From Bacteroidia bacterium (GTDB taxonomy: Bacteria > Bacteroidota > Bacteroidia > NS11-12g > UBA955), in the NCBI GenBank assembly GCA_038317095.1, contig JBBQBB010000005.1, positions 20,022-84,021 on the forward strand: a stretch of 64,000 bases of DNA, written 5' to 3'. The notes beneath the pieces are model-generated. The model saw only the letters and a list, made by a program, of their open reading frames with translations, ran no database searches and was not told the DNA's origin. Made by a program: the position numbers and the translations under genes. The stretch's first letter is position 1. Every line of letters starts with the position of its first letter. Below are positions 17,918 to 27,970 of the stretch, in pieces.

Positions 17918-19534
17918 ATGTTCAAAAAACACCCTGCAGCGCTGCCTTTCTTGTTTTTCTCCGAAATGTGGGAACGATTTGGCTATTACCTTATGATTGG
18001 TATTTTTACACTATACCTTAAAGACGCCAAATCGGGTTTTGAAATGAGTGAAAAAGACGCTTCTAATTTATACGGTACTTTTATAGCACTGGTATTTTTT
18101 ACCCCGTTTATTGGTGGCTTGGTTGCCGATCGATTGTTGGGCTACAGGCGTTCCATAATCATGGGTGGCGTGCTTATGGGTGTGGGTTATTGCCTCATGA
18201 GCATTCATAATTTATCCATGCTTTATACTGCCATGACCTTTGTTATCATTGGCAATGGTTTTTTTAAACCCAATATTTCCACCCTGTTGGGAAATGTGTA
18301 TTCCACCCCCGAAAATATGCACCAGAAAGACGAAGGCTACAATATCTTTTATATGGGAATCAATGTTGGGGCATTTATCTGTAACTTTTTTGGGGCTGCA
18401 CTTTACACCACCATTGGCTGGAATGCTGCTTTTATTGCTGCTGGTGTGGGTATGTTCATCGGAGTTGTTGTATTCCTCTCTGGTACCCGCCACTACAAGC
18501 ATTTTGACGTAAAAGTAGAACCCAAACCTGGCGACATGTCCATTGGCAAAATAGCTACAATGGTGCTTTTTCCTTCGTTAATTGCCGGTGTCATTGGTTG
18601 GTTTATTCCAGGTAAAATATTTGATTCGGACAGTACCGATGCCTTTATTTTTGCGTGTATTCCCGTTGTTTTATTCTATGCTTCGTTGTACTTTAAGTCT
18701 AGCCCAGAAGAGAAAAAACCAATGGGTGTTATGCTTGTCATTTTTGCTGTGGTGGTTATGTTTTGGGCTGTGTTTAAACAAAATGGCACTGCACTCAATA
18801 CTTGGGCCGATAATTATACGGACCGAAGTGTGCAAGGAACTTCACAAACCATTCTTTCTAGTTTAAAACAAACCAAAGAAATCGAGTATAAAAAAGATTC
18901 AGTGGCTTTAATAGATGCACAATTTAGAAAAACCAAAGTAGACGGAAAGGTGGTAAAAACAGTGGATTATCCCAATTATTTTAAGAACGATGCCCATGCC
19001 CAAGATTTGAAAATAGGAGCCAAGGTTTCCATTTGGAGCACCAATATTAGCCAATCTTTCAATCCGTTTTGGGTGATTTTTTTAACCCCATTCGTGGTTA
19101 TGTTTTTTGGTTTTCTGCGCAAAAAGAAACGAGAACCTACTATTCCTACAAAAATTACCATGGGTCTCATTGTTTCAGCGCTTTCTGTTTTGGTAATGGT
19201 TGCAGCCGTAAAAGTGGGTGGCAATGGGGCAGAAAAAGTGAGTTTTTGGTGGCTCGTAGGAACTTACGGTGTGGTTACCATTGGCGAGTTGCTTCTCAGT
19301 CCTATGGGTCTTTCCCTTGTTTCTAAATTAAGTCCGCAACGGTTTACCTCCTTGATGATGGGAGGGTGGTTCTTGTCCACGTCCATAGGCAATAAATTGT
19401 CAGGCGTTTTGGCCAGCCAATGGGATGCATACCAAGATAAGGCCGCCTATTTTTGGTTGAATTTTATACTGCTTGGGGCTGCTTCCGTATTGATGTTGCT
19501 GATGTTGAAAAAACTCAACAATGCTATAAAATAA
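17918..19534 (+). CDS. POT/PTR2 family peptide transporter (paralogue 2)
   Basis: FFSEMWERFGYYLM motif. ATG 17918 gives MFKKHPAALPFLFF. The track start 17870 lies inside the upstream terminator. Confidence 0.9.
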   Translation: MFKKHPAALPFLFFSEMWERFGYYLMIGIFTLYLKDAKSGFEMSEKDASNLYGTFIALVFFTPFIGGLVADRLLGYRRSIIMGGVLMGVGYCLMSIHNLSMLYTAMTFVIIGNGFFKPNISTLLGNVYSTPENMHQKDEGYNIFYMGINVGAFICNFFGAALYTTIGWNAAFIAAGVGMFIGVVVFLSGTRHYKHFDVKVEPKPGDMSIGKIATMVLFPSLIAGVIGWFIPGKIFDSDSTDAFIFACIPVVLFYASLYFKSSPEEKKPMGVMLVIFAVVVMFWAVFKQNGTALNTWADNYTDRSVQGTSQTILSSLKQTKEIEYKKDSVALIDAQFRKTKVDGKVVKTVDYPNYFKNDAHAQDLKIGAKVSIWSTNISQSFNPFWVIFLTPFVVMFFGFLRKKKREPTIPTKITMGLIVSALSVLVMVAAVKVGGNGAEKVSFWWLVGTYGVVTIGELLLSPMGLSLVSKLSPQRFTSLMMGGWFLSTSIGNKLSGVLASQWDAYQDKAAYFWLNFILLGAASVLMLLMLKKLNNAIK

Positions 19535-19570
19535 TTGCAATTTATTTAAAAGATTTATTAAACTATCCAT

Positions 19571-21055
19571 ATGGAGAATCATACTGAACTCGAGAAAATT
19601 CAGAATTTTCAAGGTCCTTATCCAAAGCAACTTTGGTACTTGTTTTTTAGTGAAATGTGGGAACGCTTTTGTTTTTACGGCATGCGCGGTATGCTCACTT
19701 TTTTTATGGTGCACCAGTTGATGATGGATGAGAAAGTTGCCAATTTACAGTACGGAGCCACCCAAGCATTTGTATATGCGTTTACCTTTATTGGCGGCCT
19801 TTTTGCCGATAAAATTTTGGGATTTAGGAAGTCCCTTTTTTGGGGTGGATTGTTGATGATTGTGGGAAGTATCATTCTGGCAGTTGACCCGAAAGAGTTT
19901 TTCTTTTTGGGTATTGGTTTTAACATTGTAGGGACTGGTTTTTTTAAACCCAATATTTCTACCATGGTGGGCAGCCTATATAAGGAAGGTGACAGCCGCA
20001 GAGATGCTGGTTTTTCATTGTTTTATTCCGGTATTAATATTGGTGCATTATTGGGTGGATATGCATGCATTACCATCGGCAAAAATTACTCCTGGCATTT
20101 GGCGTTTGGCCTTGCCGCAATTGTTATGGTTATAAGTTTGATTACTTTTGTTTTTACCCAGAAATCTATGGGTCCCATTGGTTTGTCCCCGTTTAAAAAT
20201 GCAACCGATGGAAAGAACCGCAAATGGTACGATTATGCTGTGTATCTTGGTTCCTTGGCTATTATTCCGTTGCTTATGAGCATGGTAGCCAAAACAGAAT
20301 ATACCGATTGGTTCATGTATATCATTGGTCCATGTGCGTTGGGGTATATATTTTATGAAATGTTCAAATGCACCGTTGAAGAAAGAAAAAAATTGGCAGC
20401 GGCTTTGGTTTTTATATTTTTTTCTGTGCTTTTCTGGGCTTTTTTCGAGCAAAGCGGAGGCTCATTGAGTTTGTTTGCCGCCAATAATTTAAACGACCGT
20501 TTGTTGGGCATCAAATTGGATCCAAATGGGGTAAACAATGCCGCAAATTCCTTGTTTGTAATTCTATTTAGTTCTTTGCTGGGATTGGGTTGGGTTTGGT
20601 TAAATAAAAGAAAAGCAGAACCCAATACGGTGATTAAATTTGGCCTTGGATTCCTATTTCTTTCTGCCGCTTTTTATATTTTTTACGCTACCAAGTTTTT
20701 TGCAAATGCGCAGGGCATGACCTCGTTGGATATTTTTACTTTGGCCTATTTTGTCATTACCTTGGGTGAGTTATGCTTGTCGCCCATTGGTTTGTCTATT
20801 ATGACCAAATTGTCGCCTACCAAACTGCAAGGCGTAATGATGGGAATGTGGTTTTTGGCCAGCGCCTACGGCCAATATGTTGCTGGAATTTTAGGTGCAG
20901 GTATGACTGTGCCAAAAGAGAATGCAACCGCAATGGAAAAGCTAGAAAGTTATACTACCGGATATGGCCAATTGGCAGTGTACGCCTTAATAGCTGGTGT
21001 GGTATTAATTGCTATTTCACCATTGGTTCGCAAACAGATGGGCAATGTAAAATAG
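19571..21055 (+). CDS. POT/PTR2 family peptide transporter (paralogue 3)
   Basis: 494 aa, polytopic, with FFSEMWERFCFYGMR motif. Confidence 0.9.
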   Translation: MENHTELEKIQNFQGPYPKQLWYLFFSEMWERFCFYGMRGMLTFFMVHQLMMDEKVANLQYGATQAFVYAFTFIGGLFADKILGFRKSLFWGGLLMIVGSIILAVDPKEFFFLGIGFNIVGTGFFKPNISTMVGSLYKEGDSRRDAGFSLFYSGINIGALLGGYACITIGKNYSWHLAFGLAAIVMVISLITFVFTQKSMGPIGLSPFKNATDGKNRKWYDYAVYLGSLAIIPLLMSMVAKTEYTDWFMYIIGPCALGYIFYEMFKCTVEERKKLAAALVFIFFSVLFWAFFEQSGGSLSLFAANNLNDRLLGIKLDPNGVNNAANSLFVILFSSLLGLGWVWLNKRKAEPNTVIKFGLGFLFLSAAFYIFYATKFFANAQGMTSLDIFTLAYFVITLGELCLSPIGLSIMTKLSPTKLQGVMMGMWFLASAYGQYVAGILGAGMTVPKENATAMEKLESYTTGYGQLAVYALIAGVVLIAISPLVRKQMGNVK

Positions 21056-21127
21056 ACGTTCGTCGTAATATTTTATTAATTCATACGTTATAGTCTCTCA
21101 GGCATTAAAATTGTAAAACAAATACCT

Positions 21128-24100
21128 ATGTATAAATACATCATCTTCACATTTTTTTTCATGTTCAGTTTTGCGCTTTCGGCCCAAGAAATTGCCGGGG
21201 ACAGTATCTTTATAGATGATACAATTTCGGTTGCTGAAACACCGCGCCTGCGAAAATACCCTGCCCGACTGTGGGAAGTAACAGGCAATGGTTTAAAACA
21301 GCCCAGTTACTTGTATGGTACAATGCACGTAAGCAAAAAATTGGCATTTAACTTAGGTGATACTTTCTACCGTGCACTTCAATCGGTGGATGTGGTAGCT
21401 TTAGAATTGCAGATTGATAGTTGGTTGAACAACATTGGCAGAAACAAAAACCAAAATGAAGATGACAGGTTTAGGGAATCTTCTTATGACTATAATGGAG
21501 GTGGTAGAGGGGTTTACAGTTCTGCTCTAGACCTAAATGGCAGTGGATTGAATGATATAATTGGCGAACTGAATAACTACGATTATATGGGAAATTATCT
21601 GCTCTATAGACAAGGTTACCAATCGCCCAATTACACCGAAAAAACCTATGTAGATATGTACATACACCAAACCGGGAAAAAACTGGGAAAGTACTGCACT
21701 GGATTAGAGGATTTTGAAATATCTAGCAGAATGGTGTCGCGCAGTGATTGGCGGGAAAGGATGTTGACACATAAAAGCAATGCTGAAAATGGAGGAAGAT
21801 TTATGTACGGTTATGGCGAGGATCCATTGGAAACAGCCTATAGAGAAGGCGATTTGGACATGATAGATTCCATGGATCGAACGGGTGGATCAACCAAGTT
21901 TTACCGCAAATGGATGCTTTTTGAACGCAATAAAGTAATGGCAAATGAATTTGAACGCATTACCAAAACCAAAAGATTGTTTGCAGCAGTGGGTTGTGCC
22001 CATTTGCCTGGCGATAGCGGTGTCATTGAGTTTTTGCGTAGAAAAGGTTTTGTATTAAAGCCTATTTACGACAATGTTGGCGATTACGCTTTCAAGCAAA
22101 AGATAAAATTGGATGCCATCGGTTTTCCAGTTTCATTTTCCAAATATTATTCGCATACAGGAGAATTAGAGTTTGCATTGCCAGGCAAACCCGTAGACAG
22201 GAGTTATGCAAACAAAGAAGAAATATTTTATGCAGATGTGGCAAATGGTGCGTATTATGTGTTAAAAAGAATGCCTTGGTTTGGCAATTTAAAAGGGGTG
22301 AGCCGAGAAAAGTTTTTAAAACAAATTGACAGTGCTTTGTTTGAGCATGTACCAGGCGATATTACATCCAAAGAAAAATTAAAAATCAATGGCAATCCGG
22401 CTTTATTGATAGGCAATAAAACAAAAACAGGTGAGACACAGAAACATTTATTTTTGATATTGCAAAACCATTTGTGGTATGTAAAATTGAGTGCAACCGG
22501 CAATTATGCAGAAAGCAAAGAAGCCAAAGAATTCTTCAAATCTGTAGTTTTAAAACCTATAAAAACAGCATGGAAAACATACAGCCCGCCTAGTGGTGGC
22601 TACAGTTTAAATTGGCCAACTTCGGTGGATATTAAGCCCTATTCTTTCGATACTTCTACGGAATTTAAAGGACATGAAAACTTGGAATTTACGGATGCAA
22701 AGAACAATTACTATTTTCTGAATCAAATTCAATCCAACAATTTAGAAGCAGATGCCGACACATTTCATATGCGTCAAATGGCAGTTAATTGCGCATTTTA
22801 CAATGAAGGTAAAATGGAGAAATTTGAACTTAAAAAAATCGCGGGTCATCAAGCCGCTACGGCCAGTATTTATTTGAAAAAAAGCAAGAAATATTTGCAT
22901 CTTTTGCTGGCAGCGGATAAAGATGTATATTATTATTTGGGAGAATATACAGCGGATAAAATGCCGGAACAGAATTTTATGGGTTCATTTCAATTTATAG
23001 ATTTTAAATACAAATACAAAGCCCTAAAAAAATTCGATTCAACCGCAGGTTTTTCTTATGCCAGGCCAGACTGGGCTGCAATAGACAAACGTGGCCGTGT
23101 TTTTCGCGAGGAGCAAGAAATGAAACGTAAAGAATTGGTTTATCCCGAGGAGGGATATGATTTATATGGCTTCAATAGACCCAACGATACACTATCTCCA
23201 CATTACAAAAGCGTGCCTCAAATTCTTTTAAACTCTGGCGAAGCTGTAAGCATTCTTAGCTGGTATTCTGGAGCCATAGCGAGCCAATCTAATTTTAAAG
23301 AAATGAAAAAGAATGGGGTTTTAAAAGGAAAGGTAATTGACAATAAACGATACAAAGAACTAAATGATTCTATAAGAATAAAAACAATATTAGATTACAA
23401 AAAAGAGAACAAAGCCAAATATTATGCGCACAACCAAATACAAGTTTATTTAGATACTTTATTTTGGAAGAACAATTGGATGGTAAATGAACTAATTACT
23501 GGGTATAATATGAATTCTATTAGAAATTATTATTTTTCTGCTAGTGATGAAGTCAACTCTATAATTGCCAGCACCAGCTATGATGTAAATCGTGGGATTT
23601 CTGTTTATGTAAAAAACATCCTAGAAAGTGTGGATTATAAAGATAAAAAAAGGATGGAATTGGATAGCCAACAATTCGCAATTAAAATGTTAAAATGGCT
23701 AAATAGCAGAGACAGTCTGGATCTTTTCAGAGCTATGGATTACGGCTATAGTGTAAATATTTTACCTAAAGAATTTAACGATAGTTTATTTAAGTTGATG
23801 GCCAAATTTAGTAAAAATACAGATTGGGGCAGTGAATATGCAGAATTGTTAGAAAACAAACTTGTTAAAGACGCATATCTGCCGCTAATTCAATATTACA
23901 TGGATAAATTTAGGCAATCGGGAGACACAAGCGAAGTGCAGGCAAAAATGCTAACCAAATTGGCAACTTTGAAAAATAAAACGGCTATGGATACCTTGAT
24001 GTACTGGTTGCTCGAAGAAACCCCGCTGGCTCCAGAAAATAGTTATAGCACTTACACATTTGGCGGAATAATAAACAGCGCTTACGATACCTTAAAACTA

Positions 24101-25207
24101 TGGAAAAACTATTATAAACAAATGCTGCCTTTGTTGAGATACAAAGAATACCGCGAGCCCATTATGGCTTTGGGTATAACCTTGTTGGATAGCGGCATGA
24201 TAGATAGTTCAGTTTTTAAAGGTATGATCTCTGAATTGACTTTGTCTTTTAGAGACGATTTAAAGCGCAAAATGTCGAAAGCACAAAACAGTTATTATCC
24301 CGGTACCTCCTACAATGGCGGTAAGGGAAGTTTGAATGCAGATAGATACCAATATGGCAGTTTTGGAAATACATTATTCAACAATTCAGGCACAAGTTGG
24401 ACTACAAATTCTGAGGCATATAGCGATTATGCTACTTATGAAAGTGAATATTATTTAAACAGTAGTACTGGAAATTCTATGTTGAATGTAACCAGCAGAA
24501 TGCCGATTACCAATTATTATACACGCAATTATGGAGCATCCAATTCTGAAGCCAATGGTTTGTACGATAAAGCTAAAATATTGATTAAATATTACGCCCA
24601 AGATGCGGATGTAGCCAAACGATTGAACCGCATATACCAATTAAAAAACAAAGAAGAAAAAATGCAGTATTTGGATTTGTATTTGAAAAACAAAATCTCC
24701 ATTCCAGATACCATGTACACCCATTATTTGGCTAAGAAAGATTGCGAATTTGGGTTTGTTCAAATGCTAAGAAAGAGGGGAGAGGTGAAAAAAATACCTG
24801 CTAATTATTTTGAAGAAATGAACTATGTAAATTCTTTTGTTCATTACAACCATTTTTCTGAAAGTGGGGATAGTGTTGTGTTTGTGGGTAAGAAAGCAGC
24901 CGGAATAGAAGGCGAAACGGGGAATTTGTATTTTTGGAAATCGAGGTTGAAGGAGAAAAAAGGAGAGAAGTTGGATTTGCCTTGGAACTATTCTATGGTT
25001 TGGATAGGCCACAAAGACACGATTAGCAAGCTTGATTTTCCACGGTATTTTAAATTTGATATTGCCTTAAATAAAAAAACCACCATGCGTGAAATCATGA
25101 ACAATGAAGCAGCGGAATTGGAGTTTTGGAAACATTATTATTGGGAACCGTTGTTGAAAAAAGAAACTGAAAAAGTATACGGCGGTTCCGGCTGGGATGG
25201 TGAATGA
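21128..25207 (+). CDS. large secreted protein with N-terminal TraB/GumN-family domain and ~1000-aa uncharacterised extension
   Basis: 1359 aa with signal peptide MYKYIIFTFFFMFSFALSAQ. TraB/GumN hallmarks are LWEVTGNGLKQPSYLYGTMHV and FAAVGCAHLPGDSGVIEFL. I recognise nothing in the rest. Confidence 0.8.
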   Translation: MYKYIIFTFFFMFSFALSAQEIAGDSIFIDDTISVAETPRLRKYPARLWEVTGNGLKQPSYLYGTMHVSKKLAFNLGDTFYRALQSVDVVALELQIDSWLNNIGRNKNQNEDDRFRESSYDYNGGGRGVYSSALDLNGSGLNDIIGELNNYDYMGNYLLYRQGYQSPNYTEKTYVDMYIHQTGKKLGKYCTGLEDFEISSRMVSRSDWRERMLTHKSNAENGGRFMYGYGEDPLETAYREGDLDMIDSMDRTGGSTKFYRKWMLFERNKVMANEFERITKTKRLFAAVGCAHLPGDSGVIEFLRRKGFVLKPIYDNVGDYAFKQKIKLDAIGFPVSFSKYYSHTGELEFALPGKPVDRSYANKEEIFYADVANGAYYVLKRMPWFGNLKGVSREKFLKQIDSALFEHVPGDITSKEKLKINGNPALLIGNKTKTGETQKHLFLILQNHLWYVKLSATGNYAESKEAKEFFKSVVLKPIKTAWKTYSPPSGGYSLNWPTSVDIKPYSFDTSTEFKGHENLEFTDAKNNYYFLNQIQSNNLEADADTFHMRQMAVNCAFYNEGKMEKFELKKIAGHQAATASIYLKKSKKYLHLLLAADKDVYYYLGEYTADKMPEQNFMGSFQFIDFKYKYKALKKFDSTAGFSYARPDWAAIDKRGRVFREEQEMKRKELVYPEEGYDLYGFNRPNDTLSPHYKSVPQILLNSGEAVSILSWYSGAIASQSNFKEMKKNGVLKGKVIDNKRYKELNDSIRIKTILDYKKENKAKYYAHNQIQVYLDTLFWKNNWMVNELITGYNMNSIRNYYFSASDEVNSIIASTSYDVNRGISVYVKNILESVDYKDKKRMELDSQQFAIKMLKWLNSRDSLDLFRAMDYGYSVNILPKEFNDSLFKLMAKFSKNTDWGSEYAELLENKLVKDAYLPLIQYYMDKFRQSGDTSEVQAKMLTKLATLKNKTAMDTLMYWLLEETPLAPENSYSTYTFGGIINSAYDTLKLWKNYYKQMLPLLRYKEYREPIMALGITLLDSGMIDSSVFKGMISELTLSFRDDLKRKMSKAQNSYYPGTSYNGGKGSLNADRYQYGSFGNTLFNNSGTSWTTNSEAYSDYATYESEYYLNSSTGNSMLNVTSRMPITNYYTRNYGASNSEANGLYDKAKILIKYYAQDADVAKRLNRIYQLKNKEEKMQYLDLYLKNKISIPDTMYTHYLAKKDCEFGFVQMLRKRGEVKKIPANYFEEMNYVNSFVHYNHFSESGDSVVFVGKKAAGIEGETGNLYFWKSRLKEKKGEKLDLPWNYSMVWIGHKDTISKLDFPRYFKFDIALNKKTTMREIMNNEAAELEFWKHYYWEPLLKKETEKVYGGSGWDGE

Positions 25208-25746
25208 TGGATAGATGAATCTTTTAAATACGCAGGTTGTTTTTTGAGTTTGGGTTTATTCGTAGATCACTGGTTTTATTTTGCAATTTAAGAAGGGCTG
25301 ACATTGAAAATTGGCTAAACATTCAGATTATAGTAAAGTTAGAATTCCTACTGCACCATCGCCACAGCTTAGGAGTCCCTTAACCTCGCTTGCAAAGACC
25401 TAAAATGGGTTCTCAAAGATCACCAAATAGTATTAGAAGTATAGATTTCTAGAAATACGAAGCAGTGTCAAAATGATCAATTGATGGCCGGGATTTAAGA
25501 ATCCGGCTGGGCGAGGCGTGGGAGTCACACGTTTTTTTAGAAAAAAAGACATGGGACTTGGTTTTCTTTTTTCAAAATAAAATTCCATTTACCCTACTCC
25601 TTTAAGATGGTGCGTGCGCTTTTCTGCGAAGGAGGGGAAGGCCGCAAAAAGAATGACAAACACCCAGAAATTTATTCAGAATTGTGAAAAGCGGGACGCC
25701 TTCTAAAAATCCGACCCAAAATCCGTAATTTTGCCCCTTTATTCAA

Positions 25747-27048
25747 ATGGAAATATTCGAATCCGTTCAATCGGGAAATAAAAGTATTTGTATCATTGGC
25801 CTAGGTTACGTGGGTCTTCCAATCGCTTTAGAATTTGCCAAAAAATTTAAAGTTGTGGGCTTTGATATTCACCAAGGTCGTGTGGATTTAATGCGCAATA
25901 ACATTGACCCTAGCAAAGAAATTCATGCTTCTGAATTTGTGGGTCGTGATATTAGTTTCACTGCCAATATTGAAGATATTCGTGATTGTGGAGTTTATGT
26001 GGTTGCTGTTCCCACGCCCATAAACGACTCAAACGAACCAGATCTTTCCCCATTGTTGGCCGCCAGTAGGACAGTAGGTAAAGTGATTTCGAAAGGCGAT
26101 TATGTAATTTATGAAAGTACCACTTATCCTGGGTGTACAGAAGAGGATTGCGTGCCCGTGATTGAAGAAATTAGCGGATTAAAAGGGGTTGTGGATTTTA
26201 AAATTGGGTATTCTCCAGAAAGAATCAATCCGGGGGATAAAGAACGTCCCTTACCAAAAATATTAAAAATTGTAAGCGGTTGCGACGAAGAATCCCTGCG
26301 CAATATTTCTAAATTGTATGGCAGTATTATCACCGCCGGAATCCATGAAGCCACTACCATTAAAGTAGCAGAGGCTGCAAAAATCATTGAAAATACGCAA
26401 CGCGATGTAAACATTTCGTTGATGAACGAATTGAGTTTGATTTTTACCAAAATGGGCATCAACACATTTGATGTGATTGAAGCTGCGGGTACCAAATGGA
26501 ATTTTCATAAATATTCGCCAGGCCTAGTTGGCGGTCATTGTATTGGTGTTGACCCTTATTATTTGTTGCACAAAGCAGAAGCATTGGGTATCCATCCACG
26601 TGTTATCGCAGCAGGGCGATTTACCAATGATGGAATGGCAGCCTACATTGCCCAAAGGGCCATTAAAAAATTAAACAAATTGGGCAAAGTGGCTATAGAT
26701 TCTAGGATTCTCATTATGGGCGCAACGTTTAAAGAAAATGTTGCGGATATAAGGAATAGCAAAATTGTTGACATTGTTAATGAATTGAAATCCTATTCTG
26801 TAAATGTGCATGTTGTAGACCCACACGCCGATTCTGAAGAGTTAAACCATGAATACGGTTTTACTTTGGCACCGGGCATTGAGGGTAAATACGATGGAAT
26901 AATATTGGCAGTTGCGCATGACGAGTATAAGGCTTTGCCCGCATCTTGGTTTAAAGAACAATGTTCGGCCGATGGATTTTTAATCGATTTAAAAGGATTG
27001 TACCGAAACCAAACTGCAGAATTGGGATTGGAATATTCCTCTTTGTAA
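25747..27048 (+). CDS. nucleotide-sugar dehydrogenase (UDP-N-acetyl-hexosamine 6-dehydrogenase group, TviB/WbpO/WecC-like)
   Basis: 433 aa with Rossmann ICIIGLGYVGLP and catalytic Cys in GGHCIGVDP. Confidence 0.85.
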   Translation: MEIFESVQSGNKSICIIGLGYVGLPIALEFAKKFKVVGFDIHQGRVDLMRNNIDPSKEIHASEFVGRDISFTANIEDIRDCGVYVVAVPTPINDSNEPDLSPLLAASRTVGKVISKGDYVIYESTTYPGCTEEDCVPVIEEISGLKGVVDFKIGYSPERINPGDKERPLPKILKIVSGCDEESLRNISKLYGSIITAGIHEATTIKVAEAAKIIENTQRDVNISLMNELSLIFTKMGINTFDVIEAAGTKWNFHKYSPGLVGGHCIGVDPYYLLHKAEALGIHPRVIAAGRFTNDGMAAYIAQRAIKKLNKLGKVAIDSRILIMGATFKENVADIRNSKIVDIVNELKSYSVNVHVVDPHADSEELNHEYGFTLAPGIEGKYDGIILAVAHDEYKALPASWFKEQCSADGFLIDLKGLYRNQTAELGLEYSSL

Positions 27049-27389
27049 GTTAAAAGTGATTTTACAGGCACTCCCAAATTTAAGAACATCTATGTTTCCT
27101 GTGCCATCAAAAATGAGCCATAAATGGTTTGTTATTCAATTCAATGGCATTGTTTTCTTTAAATAATGAATGTGTTTCAAAAAGGGACAATAAATACCCA
27201 ATTTAACTGTTAAAACTATAGCTAAGTAGTTTTGGCCGATTGCATATCAATTTAAAATAACAACACAATTATTCCCAATTTTCGCTTAAAATGGGCCATT
27301 AATAACTCCAGCGGAGTTGCGCTTTAATAGATAGATCGCAATGACAAACACCCAGTACAAATTATACCAAATTTGATAATCATATTTTG

Positions 27390-27422
27390 AAGAAAAAAGA
27401 AAAAGCCACACAGAGTGGCTTT
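27390..27422 (-). terminator. rho-independent terminator of the small peptide gene
   Basis: Stem aaagccac/gtggcttt (27402-27409 with 27415-27422), followed on the minus strand by the T-rich tract tttcttttttct. Confidence 0.7.
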
Positions 27423-27466
27423 ACCATATATCCCCTCCGGAAAGTAGGGATTTGTTTTTTAAAATT

Positions 27467-27742
27467 TTAGAAATCGGAAATATCCAAACCGCTAGAAATA
27501 ACATCTGTATCTTTTGTATTTCCAACATTCCCCATTGAAATTACATTGGTGTTTTGAATGTTTTCATTTTCATGGTAATCAATGATATTAGGAACGGCAA
27601 AGCTGCCACCAGCAGGACCCGATATATCAACAAGAATCTCATTCCCATTTCCAAACGATACACCCAAACCACCCATTACCTCTTTTCCATCTACAATTTC
27701 GTTTGATAAATTGTCCAAGTTGTGTTTTTCTTCGTGGCTCAT
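27467..27742 (-). CDS. small acidic protein with double-glycine-type leader-like N-terminus
   Basis: 91 aa from ATG 27742: MSHEEKHNLDNLSNEIVDGKEVMGG|LGVSFGNGNEILVDISG.... It has its own promoter-like box and terminator. The track start 27817 is a TTG in the upstream region. Confidence 0.6.
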   Translation of the reverse strand: MSHEEKHNLDNLSNEIVDGKEVMGGLGVSFGNGNEILVDISGPAGGSFAVPNIIDYHENENIQNTNVISMGNVGNTKDTDVISSGLDISDF

Positions 27743-27762
27743 AATTTTATTGTTTATTGATT

Positions 27763-27790
27763 CAAATTTAGGATAAAAAATATTGCCAAC
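27763..27790 (-). promoter_or_regulatory. candidate Bacteroidota-type promoter (TTG ... TAAATTTG)
   Basis: Minus-strand TAAATTTG (27770-27763) matches the TAnnTTTG -7 consensus 20 nt upstream of ATG 27742. A TTG lies about 16 nt further upstream. Confidence 0.35.
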
Positions 27791-27970
27791 CGTAGAGTTC
27801 CAAATTTTTATCCTCAAAAGGTATAATTTTTAATGAATAGGATATTTTGGGTTATAAACGTAAATGGTATCTATTTTTTGGCCACTCCGCTTCACCGCGG
27901 GTTTAGTACTAAAAGCAAAAAGCCTACTATGGTGCACAGAGGCATTGACCTGCATTTAGCAAAAGGGATG

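Noticed and set aside
25208-25746. Search for tRNA, tmRNA, RNase P, SRP or 6S RNA in the long intergenic regions. Regions checked were 25208-25746, 27049-27466, 15149-15654, 41028-41351, 6337-6613 and 61333-61570.
   Set aside because: No cloverleaf with a GTTCRANYC T-loop was found, and no GAGGAAAGTCC (RNase P), GGGGCTGA (tmRNA) or SRP domain IV motifs. The aagaatccggct string at about 25498 resembles an RNase P fragment only superficially.
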